From: Blastocatellia bacterium
GTDB taxonomy: Bacteria > Acidobacteriota > Blastocatellia > UBA7656
Reading direction: 5' to 3'
DNA length: 64,000 bases
NCBI GenBank assembly: GCA_049273855.1
Contig: JBASRN010000022.1
Coordinates: 10,907-74,906, forward strand
Numbering within the stretch: the first letter of the stretch is position 1; each line of letters opens with the position of its first letter. Under the pieces are notes generated by a model. That model was not told the DNA's origin. It saw only the letters and a list, made by a program, of their open reading frames with translations, and ran no database searches. The position numbers were made by a program, and so were the translations under genes. Positions 10,269-18,934 of this stretch are shown piece by piece.

Positions 10269-10535
10269 ATGACGAGGCGAACGCATCGGATTAGCCGATT
10301 AAGAAGACAAATACACCAAAGGGAACTAGAGTTGTTCCTTAATGCACAGGCTCAGGATTCATCTCTGTTAGGCGAAGGGCGAGAGAGCGTCCCGTCGAGA
10401 TGGGGTTTAGTCAAGCGAGCACTGGTGAGCTTTCTCAAAGATCTTGACCGCTTTATAGATTCTCTACTCGCACGTTATATCGTCCGTCGCGAGACTCGCC
10501 GAGGCAGGGCACCAGTCAAACAAGAACGACACTGA
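10269..10535 (+). CDS. Hypothetical basic protein
   Basis: ATG with GTGAGGA 5 nt upstream. The product is Arg-rich with no recognisable domain, and the region could instead be a kdp leader. Confidence 0.25.
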   Translation: MTRRTHRISRLRRQIHQRELELFLNAQAQDSSLLGEGRESVPSRWGLVKRALVSFLKDLDRFIDSLLARYIVRRETRRGRAPVKQERH

Positions 10536-10548
10536 AGGAGGGATGAAG

Positions 10549-10632
10549 ATGTTAGACCTGATATTCATCGTGTTGGTCGTCTTTTTCTTTGCTGTTGCGT
10601 TTTGGTATGTGCGCTTCTGCGAGCGAGTGTAG
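10549..10632 (+). CDS. 27-aa single-TM micropeptide, KdpF-like in shape
   Basis: GAAGGAGG lies 6-7 nt upstream. The product is MLDLIFIVLVVFFFAVAFWYVRFCERV. It is too short for the supplied ORF track. Confidence 0.5.
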   Translation: MLDLIFIVLVVFFFAVAFWYVRFCERV

Positions 10633-10644
10633 GAAGGAGTAAAT

Positions 10645-10755
10645 ATGGATCAGGAAGAAGTCAAACTAGGAATCATAGCTTTGATCCTGCTTGCGTCATA
10701 CGGTGCCTTGCTGTTTGAGGAGGCTTATCGAAATAACACGCGGAGAAAGCAATGA
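10645..10755 (+). CDS. 36-aa single-TM micropeptide
   Basis: GGAAGGAG lies upstream. The product is MDQEEVKLGIIALILLASYGALLFEEAYRNNTRRKQ. Its stop overlaps the kdpF ATG (AATGA). Confidence 0.45.
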   Translation: MDQEEVKLGIIALILLASYGALLFEEAYRNNTRRKQ

Positions 10756-10841
10756 ATGTGGAATACATCATCAGCGGAATCGTCGCACTGTTGCTGCTTG
10801 CGTACCTGACGTACGCGCTGCTCAAACCGGAGAAGTTTTGA
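10752..10841 (+). CDS. kdpF: K+-transporting ATPase subunit F
   Basis: The product MNVEYIISGIVALLLLAYLTYALLKPEKF has the canonical KdpF C-terminal signature YxxYALLxPExF. Confidence 0.85.
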   Translation: MNVEYIISGIVALLLLAYLTYALLKPEKF

Positions 10842-10859
10842 CGGCGCTTGTACGGGCGC

Positions 10860-10927
10860 CCCTCCTTAGAAGCCTACCCGTAAGCTGTTGATTCCATTCA
10901 ACAGCGTTCCGTGGTTTCTAAGGAGGG
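10860..10927 (+). promoter_or_regulatory. Nested RNA hairpin in the kdpF-kdpA spacer that contains an AAGGAGG sequence
   Basis: A perfect 12-bp outer stem pairs ccctccttagaa (10860-10871) with ttctaaggaggg (10916-10927). A perfect 8-bp inner stem pairs gctgttga (10884-10891) with tcaacagc (10898-10905). Confidence 0.6.
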
Positions 10928-10951
10928 AAGCCCTTACAGGTGGAGAACACG

Positions 10952-12745
10952 ATGACACTCAACGGATTCTTACAACTTGCGGTTTACTTTCTGGTGCTGG
11001 TCGCGATAACGAAACCGCTTGGAGTCTATATGGCCCGAGTCTTCGAGGGCGAGAAGACTTTCATGAACCGCGTGGTTGGGCCAATCGAGCGGCTGATCTA
11101 TCGTTTGTGCCGCGTCGATGCTTCAAGCGAGCAACACTGGACTACTTACACGGCGGCGATGCTGATGTTCAGCGTGGTCTCGCTGCTCGTTCTTTACCTG
11201 CTTCAGCGGGTCCAATACTATCTGCCGCTCAACCCGCAGGAGTTCGCAGGAGTCAAACCCGACCTCGCCTTCAACACCGCCGTGAGCTTCACCACCAACA
11301 CCAACTGGCAGGCGTACTCAGGCGAATCGACGATGAGTTACCTGGTGCAGATGGCGGGACTGGCTTTTCACAACTTCACATCCGCGGCCACAGGCATAGT
11401 CCTGGCGATCGCCTTTATTCGCGGCATCGCGCGACGCGAGGCAGAGACGATCGGCAACTTCTGGGTTGATCTTACCCGGTGCTCGCTCTACGTGCTGTTG
11501 CCGCTGTGCTTCGTCGGAGCATTGGCGCTTGTGTCGCAAGGTGTCGTTCAGAACTTCAAGCCTTACACACAAGCCGCGTTGATCGAACCGCAGCAGGTCA
11601 CAAAGACCGACGCCGACACCGGAGAAGAAAAGACCGAGACCCAGACAGACCAGACGATCGCTCAGGGGCCGGTTGCTTCTCAGGAGATCATCAAGGAAAT
11701 GGGAACAAACGGCGGGGGATTCTTCAACGCGAATTCGTCGCATCCCTTTGAGAACCCGACCCCCCTGTCGAACTTTCTCGAGATAGTGGCGATCTTTTCG
11801 ATCGGTTCGGGGCTGACCTACACCCTTGGTCGGATGACCGGCAATCAAAGACATGGCTGGGCAGTGTTCGCGACGATGTCGATTCTTTTTCTCGGCGGCT
11901 TCTTCGTCGCTTACTACTTTGAGGGGCGCGGCAATCCCAACTTCAACCAGTACGGAATTACACAGAACGCTTCTCAAACCACTAGTCTCGAACAGGCGGG
12001 CGGCAACATGGAAGGGAAGGAAGTTCGCTTCGGCATAATGAACTCAGCGCTGTTTGCGACGATTACGACGGATGCCTCGTGTGGCGCTATCAACTCCTGG
12101 CATGATTCATACACTCCGCTCGGCGGCATGATCCCGCTGTTGAACATCATGCTGGGAGAGATTATTTTCGGCGGTGTTGGGGCCGGTATGTACGGGATGT
12201 TGGTGATGATAGTACTGACAGTGTTCATAGCCGGTTTGATGGTCGGCCGCACACCGGAGTATCTCGGTAAGAAGATCGAATCGAAGGACGTGAAGATGGC
12301 GATGCTCTATGTGCTCGTCTTTGCTCTATCGATCCTCTGTTTTTCAGCGTGGTCGAGCGCTGCTCCGTACGGTGCCTCTAAAGTCAACAACAGCGGACCG
12401 CACGGTCTGTCGGAGATTGTCTACGCTTACACTTCGGCGACCGGAAACAACGGCTCGGCGTTCGCGGGAATTAACGTCAACACGTATTGGTACAACACGA
12501 CGCTTGGACTGGCGATGCTAGTCGGCAGATTCTTGATGATCATTCCGGCGATGGGAATCGCCGGGAATTTGGCGATGAAGAAGATCGTGCCGCCCTCGGC
12601 AGGGACGTTCCCGGTGTACACGCCGCTGTTCGTACTGCTGCTCATCGGCGTGATCCTGATCGTCGGTGCGCTGACGTTCTTCCCGATGCTGTCGCTCGGG
12701 CCCATAGTGGAGCATTACTTGATGAACTCCGGAACGACGTTCTGA
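10952..12745 (+). CDS. kdpA: K+-transporting ATPase subunit A
   Basis: MTLNGFLQLAVYFLVLV aligns with the E. coli MAAQGFLLIATFLLVL N-terminus. GGTGGAG lies 6 nt upstream of ATG 10952, and GTG 10940 is an alternative start. NTNWQAY and GTNGGGF selectivity-loop motifs are present. Confidence 0.95.
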   Translation: MTLNGFLQLAVYFLVLVAITKPLGVYMARVFEGEKTFMNRVVGPIERLIYRLCRVDASSEQHWTTYTAAMLMFSVVSLLVLYLLQRVQYYLPLNPQEFAGVKPDLAFNTAVSFTTNTNWQAYSGESTMSYLVQMAGLAFHNFTSAATGIVLAIAFIRGIARREAETIGNFWVDLTRCSLYVLLPLCFVGALALVSQGVVQNFKPYTQAALIEPQQVTKTDADTGEEKTETQTDQTIAQGPVASQEIIKEMGTNGGGFFNANSSHPFENPTPLSNFLEIVAIFSIGSGLTYTLGRMTGNQRHGWAVFATMSILFLGGFFVAYYFEGRGNPNFNQYGITQNASQTTSLEQAGGNMEGKEVRFGIMNSALFATITTDASCGAINSWHDSYTPLGGMIPLLNIMLGEIIFGGVGAGMYGMLVMIVLTVFIAGLMVGRTPEYLGKKIESKDVKMAMLYVLVFALSILCFSAWSSAAPYGASKVNNSGPHGLSEIVYAYTSATGNNGSAFAGINVNTYWYNTTLGLAMLVGRFLMIIPAMGIAGNLAMKKIVPPSAGTFPVYTPLFVLLLIGVILIVGALTFFPMLSLGPIVEHYLMNSGTTF

Positions 12746-12769
12746 GGCCAAGTTTTCTGAGGCCAAGTT
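12740..12769. repeat. Exact 15-bp tandem duplication spanning the kdpA stop codon
   Basis: ttctgaggccaagtt occurs twice in tandem (12740-12754 and 12755-12769). Confidence 0.9.
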
Positions 12770-12830
12770 TCTGGTTTCTGGTTTGTGGTTGGAGCTTGGA
12801 GGAACTAGAAACCAAAAACTAGAAACCAGA
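12770..12830. repeat. Inverted repeat/hairpin of CTGGTTT-type words between kdpA and kdpB
   Basis: tctggtttctggtttgtggtt (12770-12790) pairs with aaccaaaaactagaaaccaga (12810-12830) at 19/21 positions. The right arm continues as (gaccaga)n up to the kdpB RBS. Confidence 0.8.
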
Positions 12831-12850
12831 GACCAGAGACCAGAGGATTC

Positions 12851-14974
12851 ATGTCAGAGAGAGCAGAAAAGAGACCATTGTTCGATGCGCCGATCGTCCG
12901 GCGGGCCATCAAAGACGCATTCGTAAAGTTGGACCCGCGACAGGTAGCGAAGAACCCGGTGATGTTTGTGGTCGAGATCGGCAGCATCCTCACAACGCTG
13001 CTTATCATTCGCGACATCGCGCAGGGCCACACCGGCAACTTGCTCTTCACCGTGCAGGTGACGCTGTGGCTGTGGTTCACAGTCTTGTTTGCGAACTTCG
13101 CCGAAGCGATGGCAGAAGGCCGAGGCAAGGCTCAGGCCGAGACGTTGCGGAGGGCCAAAACCGAAACGATTGCCAATCGCATCATCGGGGATTTGAGCCT
13201 CGGGGTCGAGTGGGTGAAGACCGAGCACGTACCCGCGCCGCAACTTCGCAAGGACGATATTGTGCTCGTTCACGCGGGAGAGTTTATACCCGGGGATGGC
13301 GAGGTAATCGAAGGCGTAGCGTCGGTTGACGAATCAGCCATAACTGGCGAGAGTGCGCCGGTCATTCGTGAGTCGGGAGGAGACCGCTCTGCGGTCACCG
13401 GCGGCACGAAAGTGATCTCCGACTGGATTAAGGTCCGAATCACTTCGAACCCTGGAGAGACATTCCTCGATCGAATGATTGCGCTGGTAGAAGGCGCGGA
13501 ACGTCAGAAGACTCCAAATGAGATCGCGCTGAACATCCTTCTCGCCGGACTGACGATCATCTTCCTGCTTGCCGTCGTCACGCTTTTGCCTTACGCCATC
13601 TACAGCGTGAACGCTTCGGACCCCGCGGCCGGGTTCGCTCCGTCGTCACCGCCGTCGGTCACGGTGCTTGTGGCGTTGCTTGTCTGTTTGATCCCGACCA
13701 CGATCGGCGGCCTGCTCTCAGCGATCGGCATCGCGGGAATGGACCGGTTGATTCAACACAACGTGTTGGCGATGTCCGGTCGGGCGGTCGAAGCGGCGGG
13801 CGACGTCAACACGCTGCTGCTTGACAAGACGGGCACAATCACGCTTGGCAATCGGCAGGCGGTCGAGTTCATCGCCATGAATGGAGTATCGGAGAGAGAG
13901 TTGGCCGATGCCGCACAGCTCTCGAGCCTGTCGGACGAAACACCCGAAGGCCGGTCGATAGTCGTGCTCGCCAAGTCAAAATACAATCTCAGAGGCCGCG
14001 AACTGGCGGCCCACGAGGCCCAGTTCATCGCGTTTAGCGCCCAGACTCGAATGTCGGGAGTCAATATCAGTGGCCGCGCGATTCGCAAGGGCGCGGTCGA
14101 TGCGATTACTGAGTTTATCAACACCGAAGGCGGAGTAGTACCACCCGAGATGAAAGAGACCGTCGAGCGTATCGCACGATCGGGCGGTACGCCGCTCGCG
14201 GTCGCAGATCACAGTCATGCACTTGGGATCATCCATCTTAAGGACATCGTCAAGGGCGGAATGAAAGAGCGCTTTGATCAGCTAAGACGAATGGGGATCA
14301 AGACGGTGATGATCACCGGCGACAATCCGCTGACTGCCGCAGCCATCGCGCGCGAAGCGGGCGTTGACGATTTTCTCGCCGAAGCGAAGCCCGAAGACAA
14401 GATGGCGTTGATCAAACGCGAACAGCGTGAGGGCAAGCTTGTCGCAATGACCGGCGACGGAACCAACGATGCTCCAGCGCTCGCTCAAGCCGACGTCGGG
14501 GTAGCGATGAACACGGGCACGATGGCGGCCAAGGAAGCCGGCAACATGGTAGATCTGGATTCGAACCCGACCAAGCTGATCGAGGTCGTCGAGATCGGCA
14601 AGCAGTTGCTGATGACCCGCGGCGCTTTGACCACGTTCTCGATAGCCAACGACATTGCCAAATACTTCGCGATCATCCCGGCTATGTTCTCGACGCTATA
14701 CGCGCTGGCCGGGTCGAAGTCCGGTCCCCTCGCGGCGCTTAACATCATGCGGCTCGAAACGCCCGAGTCGGCGATTCTATCGGCGGTGATCTTCAACGCC
14801 CTGATCATTGTCGCTCTGATTCCGCTCGCGCTGCGCGGTATAAAGTATCGCCCGATGGGCGCGGCAGCGGTGCTTCGACGTAATCTGTGGATCTACGGGT
14901 TTGGTGGAATCGTCATACCGTTCGTCGGGATCAAGATCATCGATCTGATCATCACCGCAGGCGGCCTGGCGTGA
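12851..14974 (+). CDS. kdpB: K+-transporting P-type ATPase subunit B
   Basis: DKTGTIT phosphorylation site, [10 protein letters not shown], and the [16 protein letters not shown] hinge. Confidence 0.97.
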   Translation: MSERAEKRPLFDAPIVRRAIKDAFVKLDPRQVAKNPVMFVVEIGSILTTLLIIRDIAQGHTGNLLFTVQVTLWLWFTVLFANFAEAMAEGRGKAQAETLRRAKTETIANRIIGDLSLGVEWVKTEHVPAPQLRKDDIVLVHAGEFIPGDGEVIEGVASVDESAITGESAPVIRESGGDRSAVTGGTKVISDWIKVRITSNPGETFLDRMIALVEGAERQKTPNEIALNILLAGLTIIFLLAVVTLLPYAIYSVNASDPAAGFAPSSPPSVTVLVALLVCLIPTTIGGLLSAIGIAGMDRLIQHNVLAMSGRAVEAAGDVNTLLLDKTGTITLGNRQAVEFIAMNGVSERELADAAQLSSLSDETPEGRSIVVLAKSKYNLRGRELAAHEAQFIAFSAQTRMSGVNISGRAIRKGAVDAITEFINTEGGVVPPEMKETVERIARSGGTPLAVADHSHALGIIHLKDIVKGGMKERFDQLRRMGIKTVMITGDNPLTAAAIAREAGVDDFLAEAKPEDKMALIKREQREGKLVAMTGDGTNDAPALAQADVGVAMNTGTMAAKEAGNMVDLDSNPTKLIEVVEIGKQLLMTRGALTTFSIANDIAKYFAIIPAMFSTLYALAGSKSGPLAALNIMRLETPESAILSAVIFNALIIVALIPLALRGIKYRPMGAAAVLRRNLWIYGFGGIVIPFVGIKIIDLIITAGGLA

Positions 14975-14992
14975 TAATGGCAGGACAAAGAT

Positions 14993-15586
14993 ATGAACAT
15001 ACTCAAACAGATTTATCCGGCGTTCGCGATGACCGTTGTGCTCACGGTGCTTCTCGGAGTCATCTACCCGTTGGCTGTCACCGGACTTGCGCAGGTGATG
15101 TTCCCCGCGAAGGCGGGCGGCAGCCTTATCGAAAAGGATGGCAAGATCATTGGATCGAGCTTGATCGGCCAGCCATTCACCGGACCGGGCTATTTTCATT
15201 CGCGGGCTTCCGCGGCGGGGAGCGGCTACGACGCGACCGCTTCGGCCGGAACCAATCTTGGGCCGACCAATCAGAAGCTCATGGACAACGTCAAGACCGC
15301 GGCGGAATCATTGCGAGAAGAGAATCCCGAATCGCCGATACCGATCGACCTGGTAACGACTTCGGCATCGGGACTCGATCCGCATATCACCCCGGCGGCG
15401 GCTGAGTTTCAAGTTCCGCGCATCGCCAAACAGCGAGGCATGATCGCGGAAGAGGTGCGCAGGCTTGTGCGTGAGCACACTGAAGGGAGACAGTTCAGCT
15501 TGCTTGGCGAGCCGCGCGTCAACGTGCTCGAGTTAAACCTCGAGCTTGACGCGATTCGTCCAATGGCGAGGGCGTCGTCTCGATGA
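14993..15586 (+). CDS. kdpC: K+-transporting ATPase subunit C
   Basis: N-terminal TM helix followed by SGLDPHITPAAA. The length and position match KdpC. Confidence 0.92.
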   Translation: MNILKQIYPAFAMTVVLTVLLGVIYPLAVTGLAQVMFPAKAGGSLIEKDGKIIGSSLIGQPFTGPGYFHSRASAAGSGYDATASAGTNLGPTNQKLMDNVKTAAESLREENPESPIPIDLVTTSASGLDPHITPAAAEFQVPRIAKQRGMIAEEVRRLVREHTEGRQFSLLGEPRVNVLELNLELDAIRPMARASSR

Positions 15587-15625
15587 TCAAGAACTCGAGT
15601 CCTTGAAACAATAATAAACTGACAA

Positions 15626-17485
15626 ATGAACAACCTGACAAGAAAGCTCGCGTTCAGCTACGGCCTGCTGATCATCGTGATCTTCGCGGTGAGCGCATGG
15701 AACATCTATCATCTCGTGCATCTCGGCCGCGCGATCGACGTCATCCTGATCAACAACTACAAGAGCATCGTCGCCGCCGAGAACATGAAGGAAGCGCTCG
15801 AGCGCCAGGACTCGGCCGCGATGTTCTTCATCGCCAGCCACACCGAACAGGCGCGCCAACAGTTCGAGGACAACGCTGCGAAGTTCGACCGAGAGTATCA
15901 GATAGCGGAGAGCAACCTGACCGAGCCGGGCGAGGACGAGATCACTGCCGATATTGAGACCAGGTACCGAACCTACCGGGCTGACCTCAATAGCTTTCTC
16001 TCTTCCTCTAGGCCGATGGCGGGCGGCGAGTTGTCAGCCGTTTACTTCGGCCGGCTTGGTCCCGATTTTCTGGCACTGAAGAACAGAATCGACGACCTGC
16101 TTCGTTTGAACCAGCAGGCGATGTTGAGGGCCAACGACAGCGCGATCGCGGTTTCCAGGCGTGCTGAGATATCCACCGGGCTGATGGCCGTGCTCGCTCT
16201 GACCCTTGCGGTCATCTTCGCGTGGCGCTTTACAAAGTACGTCGTTTCACCCATCTCCGCTCTGACCGATAAGGCGAGGCGGATCGGAGAAGGCGACCTC
16301 GACCAGTACATCGATACCTCTTCGCGGGACGAGATTGGAGTGCTGGCGTCCGAGTTCAATCGAATGGCTGCGCGTTTGCGCAACGTTCGCAAATCTGACT
16401 ATGGGCGGCTGCTTGTCGAGCAAAAGAAATCCGACGCGGTAATCGATTCGATCTACGAACCGGTGATCGTGACTGACGCGCAAGGCCAGGTGATAAAGAT
16501 AAACAACGCGGGCCGTCAATTGTTCGACGGTTCGGCGGTCAACGGTCATGGCGGCGAGTTCAGGCTTTCAGGAGTCGCCGGAGGCGATTTGATATTGCGA
16601 GCGGTTCGCGCTGCGATCGGTATGCAACGTCCAGTCGCCGCTGAAGACTCCGCAGCTCTCGTTCCGCTAAGAGTCGGCGGAACAGAACGAAGTTTCCGGC
16701 TGCGAGCGACACCGATGCGCGATTCGGACGGCCACCTGCTCGGCGCGGTCACCGTGCTGGAGGACATTACAGCGATGGCTGAACTGGACAAGCTAAAGAC
16801 TCAGTTTATCTCGGTTGCTTCGGCAAAGCTCAAAGAGCCGCTTCGCTCAGTGCAGCTTGCGCTTCATGCGGTGATAGAAGGCCGCGCCGGTGAGTTGAAC
16901 GAACAGCAGACCTCTATGCTCGAAGACGCGCGCGAGAACGCCGACCACCTCGATGAGCTCATTCGGGATTTGCTCGAGCTTGCAGAGATCGAATCAGGCG
17001 TGCTCAGACTGACGACCGAACGGCTGCGCCCCGTTGAATTGGCTCGCGATGCCGTGCAGCGATTTCAGTTTGCCGCTGAGAGCCAGCATATCAAGATCGA
17101 GAACAATGTCTGGCCGGATCTGGGGTGGGTCATCGGGGATCGGAAGGCAGTCGCGCGGATTCTTGAGAATCTGTTGTCGAATGCGATACGTCACACGCCG
17201 CGCGACGGAAAAGTCACCATTCAAGCTACAGAGCGGGTGGGCCGTGTATTGTTCAGCGTCTGCGACACTGGTGAAGGCATTCCCGAGGGTCAGCTCCCGG
17301 CCTTGTTCGCGCGGTTTGTTCAGGTAAGTGGCGATGCGGGCGGCACGGGTCTGGGGCTTGCGCTTGTGAAAAGGCTTGTCGAGGCTCAAGGCGGACAAGT
17401 CAGCGTCGAAAGCCGCGTCGGAGAAGGCTCGACCTTCAGCTTCACGTTACCAGTTGGCGGCCCGTCGAGCGTAAAACGAGCATAA
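15626..17485 (+). CDS. HAMP-PAS sensor kinase-like protein with a degenerate H-box
   Basis: Two TM segments flank a periplasmic domain, followed by HAMP (DEIGVLASEFNRMAARL) and a PAS-like region. The DHp reads FISVASAKLKEPL where SHELRTPL is expected. N (LLSNAIRHTP), G1 (DTGEGI) and G2 (GTGLGLALV) are intact. Confidence 0.8.
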   Translation: MNNLTRKLAFSYGLLIIVIFAVSAWNIYHLVHLGRAIDVILINNYKSIVAAENMKEALERQDSAAMFFIASHTEQARQQFEDNAAKFDREYQIAESNLTEPGEDEITADIETRYRTYRADLNSFLSSSRPMAGGELSAVYFGRLGPDFLALKNRIDDLLRLNQQAMLRANDSAIAVSRRAEISTGLMAVLALTLAVIFAWRFTKYVVSPISALTDKARRIGEGDLDQYIDTSSRDEIGVLASEFNRMAARLRNVRKSDYGRLLVEQKKSDAVIDSIYEPVIVTDAQGQVIKINNAGRQLFDGSAVNGHGGEFRLSGVAGGDLILRAVRAAIGMQRPVAAEDSAALVPLRVGGTERSFRLRATPMRDSDGHLLGAVTVLEDITAMAELDKLKTQFISVASAKLKEPLRSVQLALHAVIEGRAGELNEQQTSMLEDARENADHLDELIRDLLELAEIESGVLRLTTERLRPVELARDAVQRFQFAAESQHIKIENNVWPDLGWVIGDRKAVARILENLLSNAIRHTPRDGKVTIQATERVGRVLFSVCDTGEGIPEGQLPALFARFVQVSGDAGGTGLGLALVKRLVEAQGGQVSVESRVGEGSTFSFTLPVGGPSSVKRA

Positions 17486-17487
17486 TG

Positions 17488-17579
17488 TACGGACGGGTCT
17501 CCGTGCCCGCCCCTTAATGCGACGTCTTACGATTTCGACGCTGTGCGCATCAAGGGGCGGGCACGGAGGCCCGCCCGTA
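17488..17579. repeat. 28-bp imperfect inverted repeat (REP-like palindromic element) with a 36-nt spacer
   Basis: tacggacgggtctccgtgcccgcccctt (17488-17515) pairs with aaggggcgggcacggaggcccgcccgta (17552-17579) at 26/28 positions. It starts 3 nt after the stop of the preceding gene. Confidence 0.85.
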
Positions 17580-17622
17580 AAGTCGTTGTCAATCTGATCG
17601 TTCAGGAGAGCTAGAGGAGAGG

Positions 17623-18768
17623 ATGAGCCAGGTTGTTGATGCGCGACCGAAGCCGGAATCGCTGCTCGCAAAAGAGGAGCAGGCGAGGCGCGCGCGGCTG
17701 CGCATCTACATCGGAGCAGCTCCCGGCGTTGGCAAGACTTACCAGATACTCGAAGATGCTCATCAGCTCAAAAAGCAGGGCCTTGACATCGTCATCGGGT
17801 TTATCGAACCTCACGGGCGCGTCGAAACCGAGGCGCTGGTCGGCAACCTCGAATGCGTGCCGCTTCTCCGCATCGAATACCGGGGCGTCACTCTCGAAGA
17901 AATGGACGTCGAGGCGGTGATCGCGCGAAGGCCGCAAATCGCAATCGTCGACGAACTGGCACACACCAACGCGCCCGGCTCGAGAAACAAAAAACGCTAC
18001 GAAGACGTGCTTGAAATCCTCGATGCAGGAATCTCAGTTATCACTGCGGTGAACGTGCAGCACATGGAATCGCTCAACGATGCCATCGCTCGAATCACCG
18101 GGGTTCGGGTACGCGAGGCGATACCGGACTACTTCTTGCGGCGGGCCGATGAGGTGGTGAACGTTGACGTATCCGTGGACACGCTGCGAACGCGGCTCAG
18201 ACAGGGCAAGATCTACAACGTCGAAAAGATCGAGCAGGCGCTTGCCAACTTCTTCCGGAAGGGCAATCTGTCCGCCCTTCGGGAGCTGGCTTTGCGGCAG
18301 GTAGCCGAAGATCAGGCAGCCAAGGCGCACGACTACCGCGAGCGCGAAGGTTTGGAGCAGGCTGCGATTCCCGAAAAGGTCATGGTCTGCATGGCATCGC
18401 GTCGCAGCGCGAAGAGGCTGTTACGAACCGGTTCGCGCATTGCCGGACGGCTTGCGTCGGACTGGTTTGCCGTCTATGTCGAGACGCCGCGCGACGAACT
18501 CGGACGCATTGATCCAGCAGATCACGCATCGCTGATGGAGAACATCAGACTCGCCGAGGAGTTGGGAGCCACCGTTGTAAAGCTCAAGGCGCGGCGTGTG
18601 GCGGATGCGCTGATCGAGTTCGCGCGCCGCGAAGGTATCACTCATGTTGTATTCGGCCAGTCGGCCCGGTCGCGATGGGACATCCTGCTCCACGGCTCGG
18701 TGATCAATCGCTTCTTGAGCGAGGTGCGTGGCGCGACTGTGCAGGTCGTCCCACATCGAGATGAGTAG
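17623..18768 (+). CDS. kdpD: Stand-alone KdpD N-terminal sensor domain + Usp domain protein (short KdpD)
   Basis: RLRIYIGAAPGVGKTYQILEDA is the Walker-A-like motif of the KdpD N-terminal domain, and a Usp-like C-terminal half follows. There is no TM or kinase domain. Confidence 0.85.
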   Translation: MSQVVDARPKPESLLAKEEQARRARLRIYIGAAPGVGKTYQILEDAHQLKKQGLDIVIGFIEPHGRVETEALVGNLECVPLLRIEYRGVTLEEMDVEAVIARRPQIAIVDELAHTNAPGSRNKKRYEDVLEILDAGISVITAVNVQHMESLNDAIARITGVRVREAIPDYFLRRADEVVNVDVSVDTLRTRLRQGKIYNVEKIEQALANFFRKGNLSALRELALRQVAEDQAAKAHDYREREGLEQAAIPEKVMVCMASRRSAKRLLRTGSRIAGRLASDWFAVYVETPRDELGRIDPADHASLMENIRLAEELGATVVKLKARRVADALIEFARREGITHVVFGQSARSRWDILLHGSVINRFLSEVRGATVQVVPHRDE

Positions 18769-18798
18769 CCACAATTGACCCTCGCCATACGTCCCTTC

Positions 18799-18842
18799 CC
18801 TTACGAATTCCTTATAGATCTTTTACGCCATCCTTACGCGCC
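18799..18842 (+). promoter_or_regulatory. Four 11-bp-phased TTAY direct repeats, putative KdpE operator (copy B)
   Basis: The sequence reads ccTTACgaatt ccTTATagatc ttTTACgccat ccTTACgcgcc, 33/44 identical to copy A. It lies about 90 nt upstream of ATG 18935. Confidence 0.5.
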
Positions 18843-18934
18843 CCCCTATACCATTACACTTGAGACTTTTCTGTCAGCCGCAAATCGCCTTCGCTCATTT
18901 ACGGTCGACTGAAAGAGAGAAACCTCTCGCGTTT

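Noticed and set aside
10691-11469. Track ORFs 10691-10891 and 10888-11469 in the kdpF/kdpA region.
   Set aside because: They are out of frame with the clearly conserved kdpF and kdpA reading frames, and their translations are Arg-rich noise.
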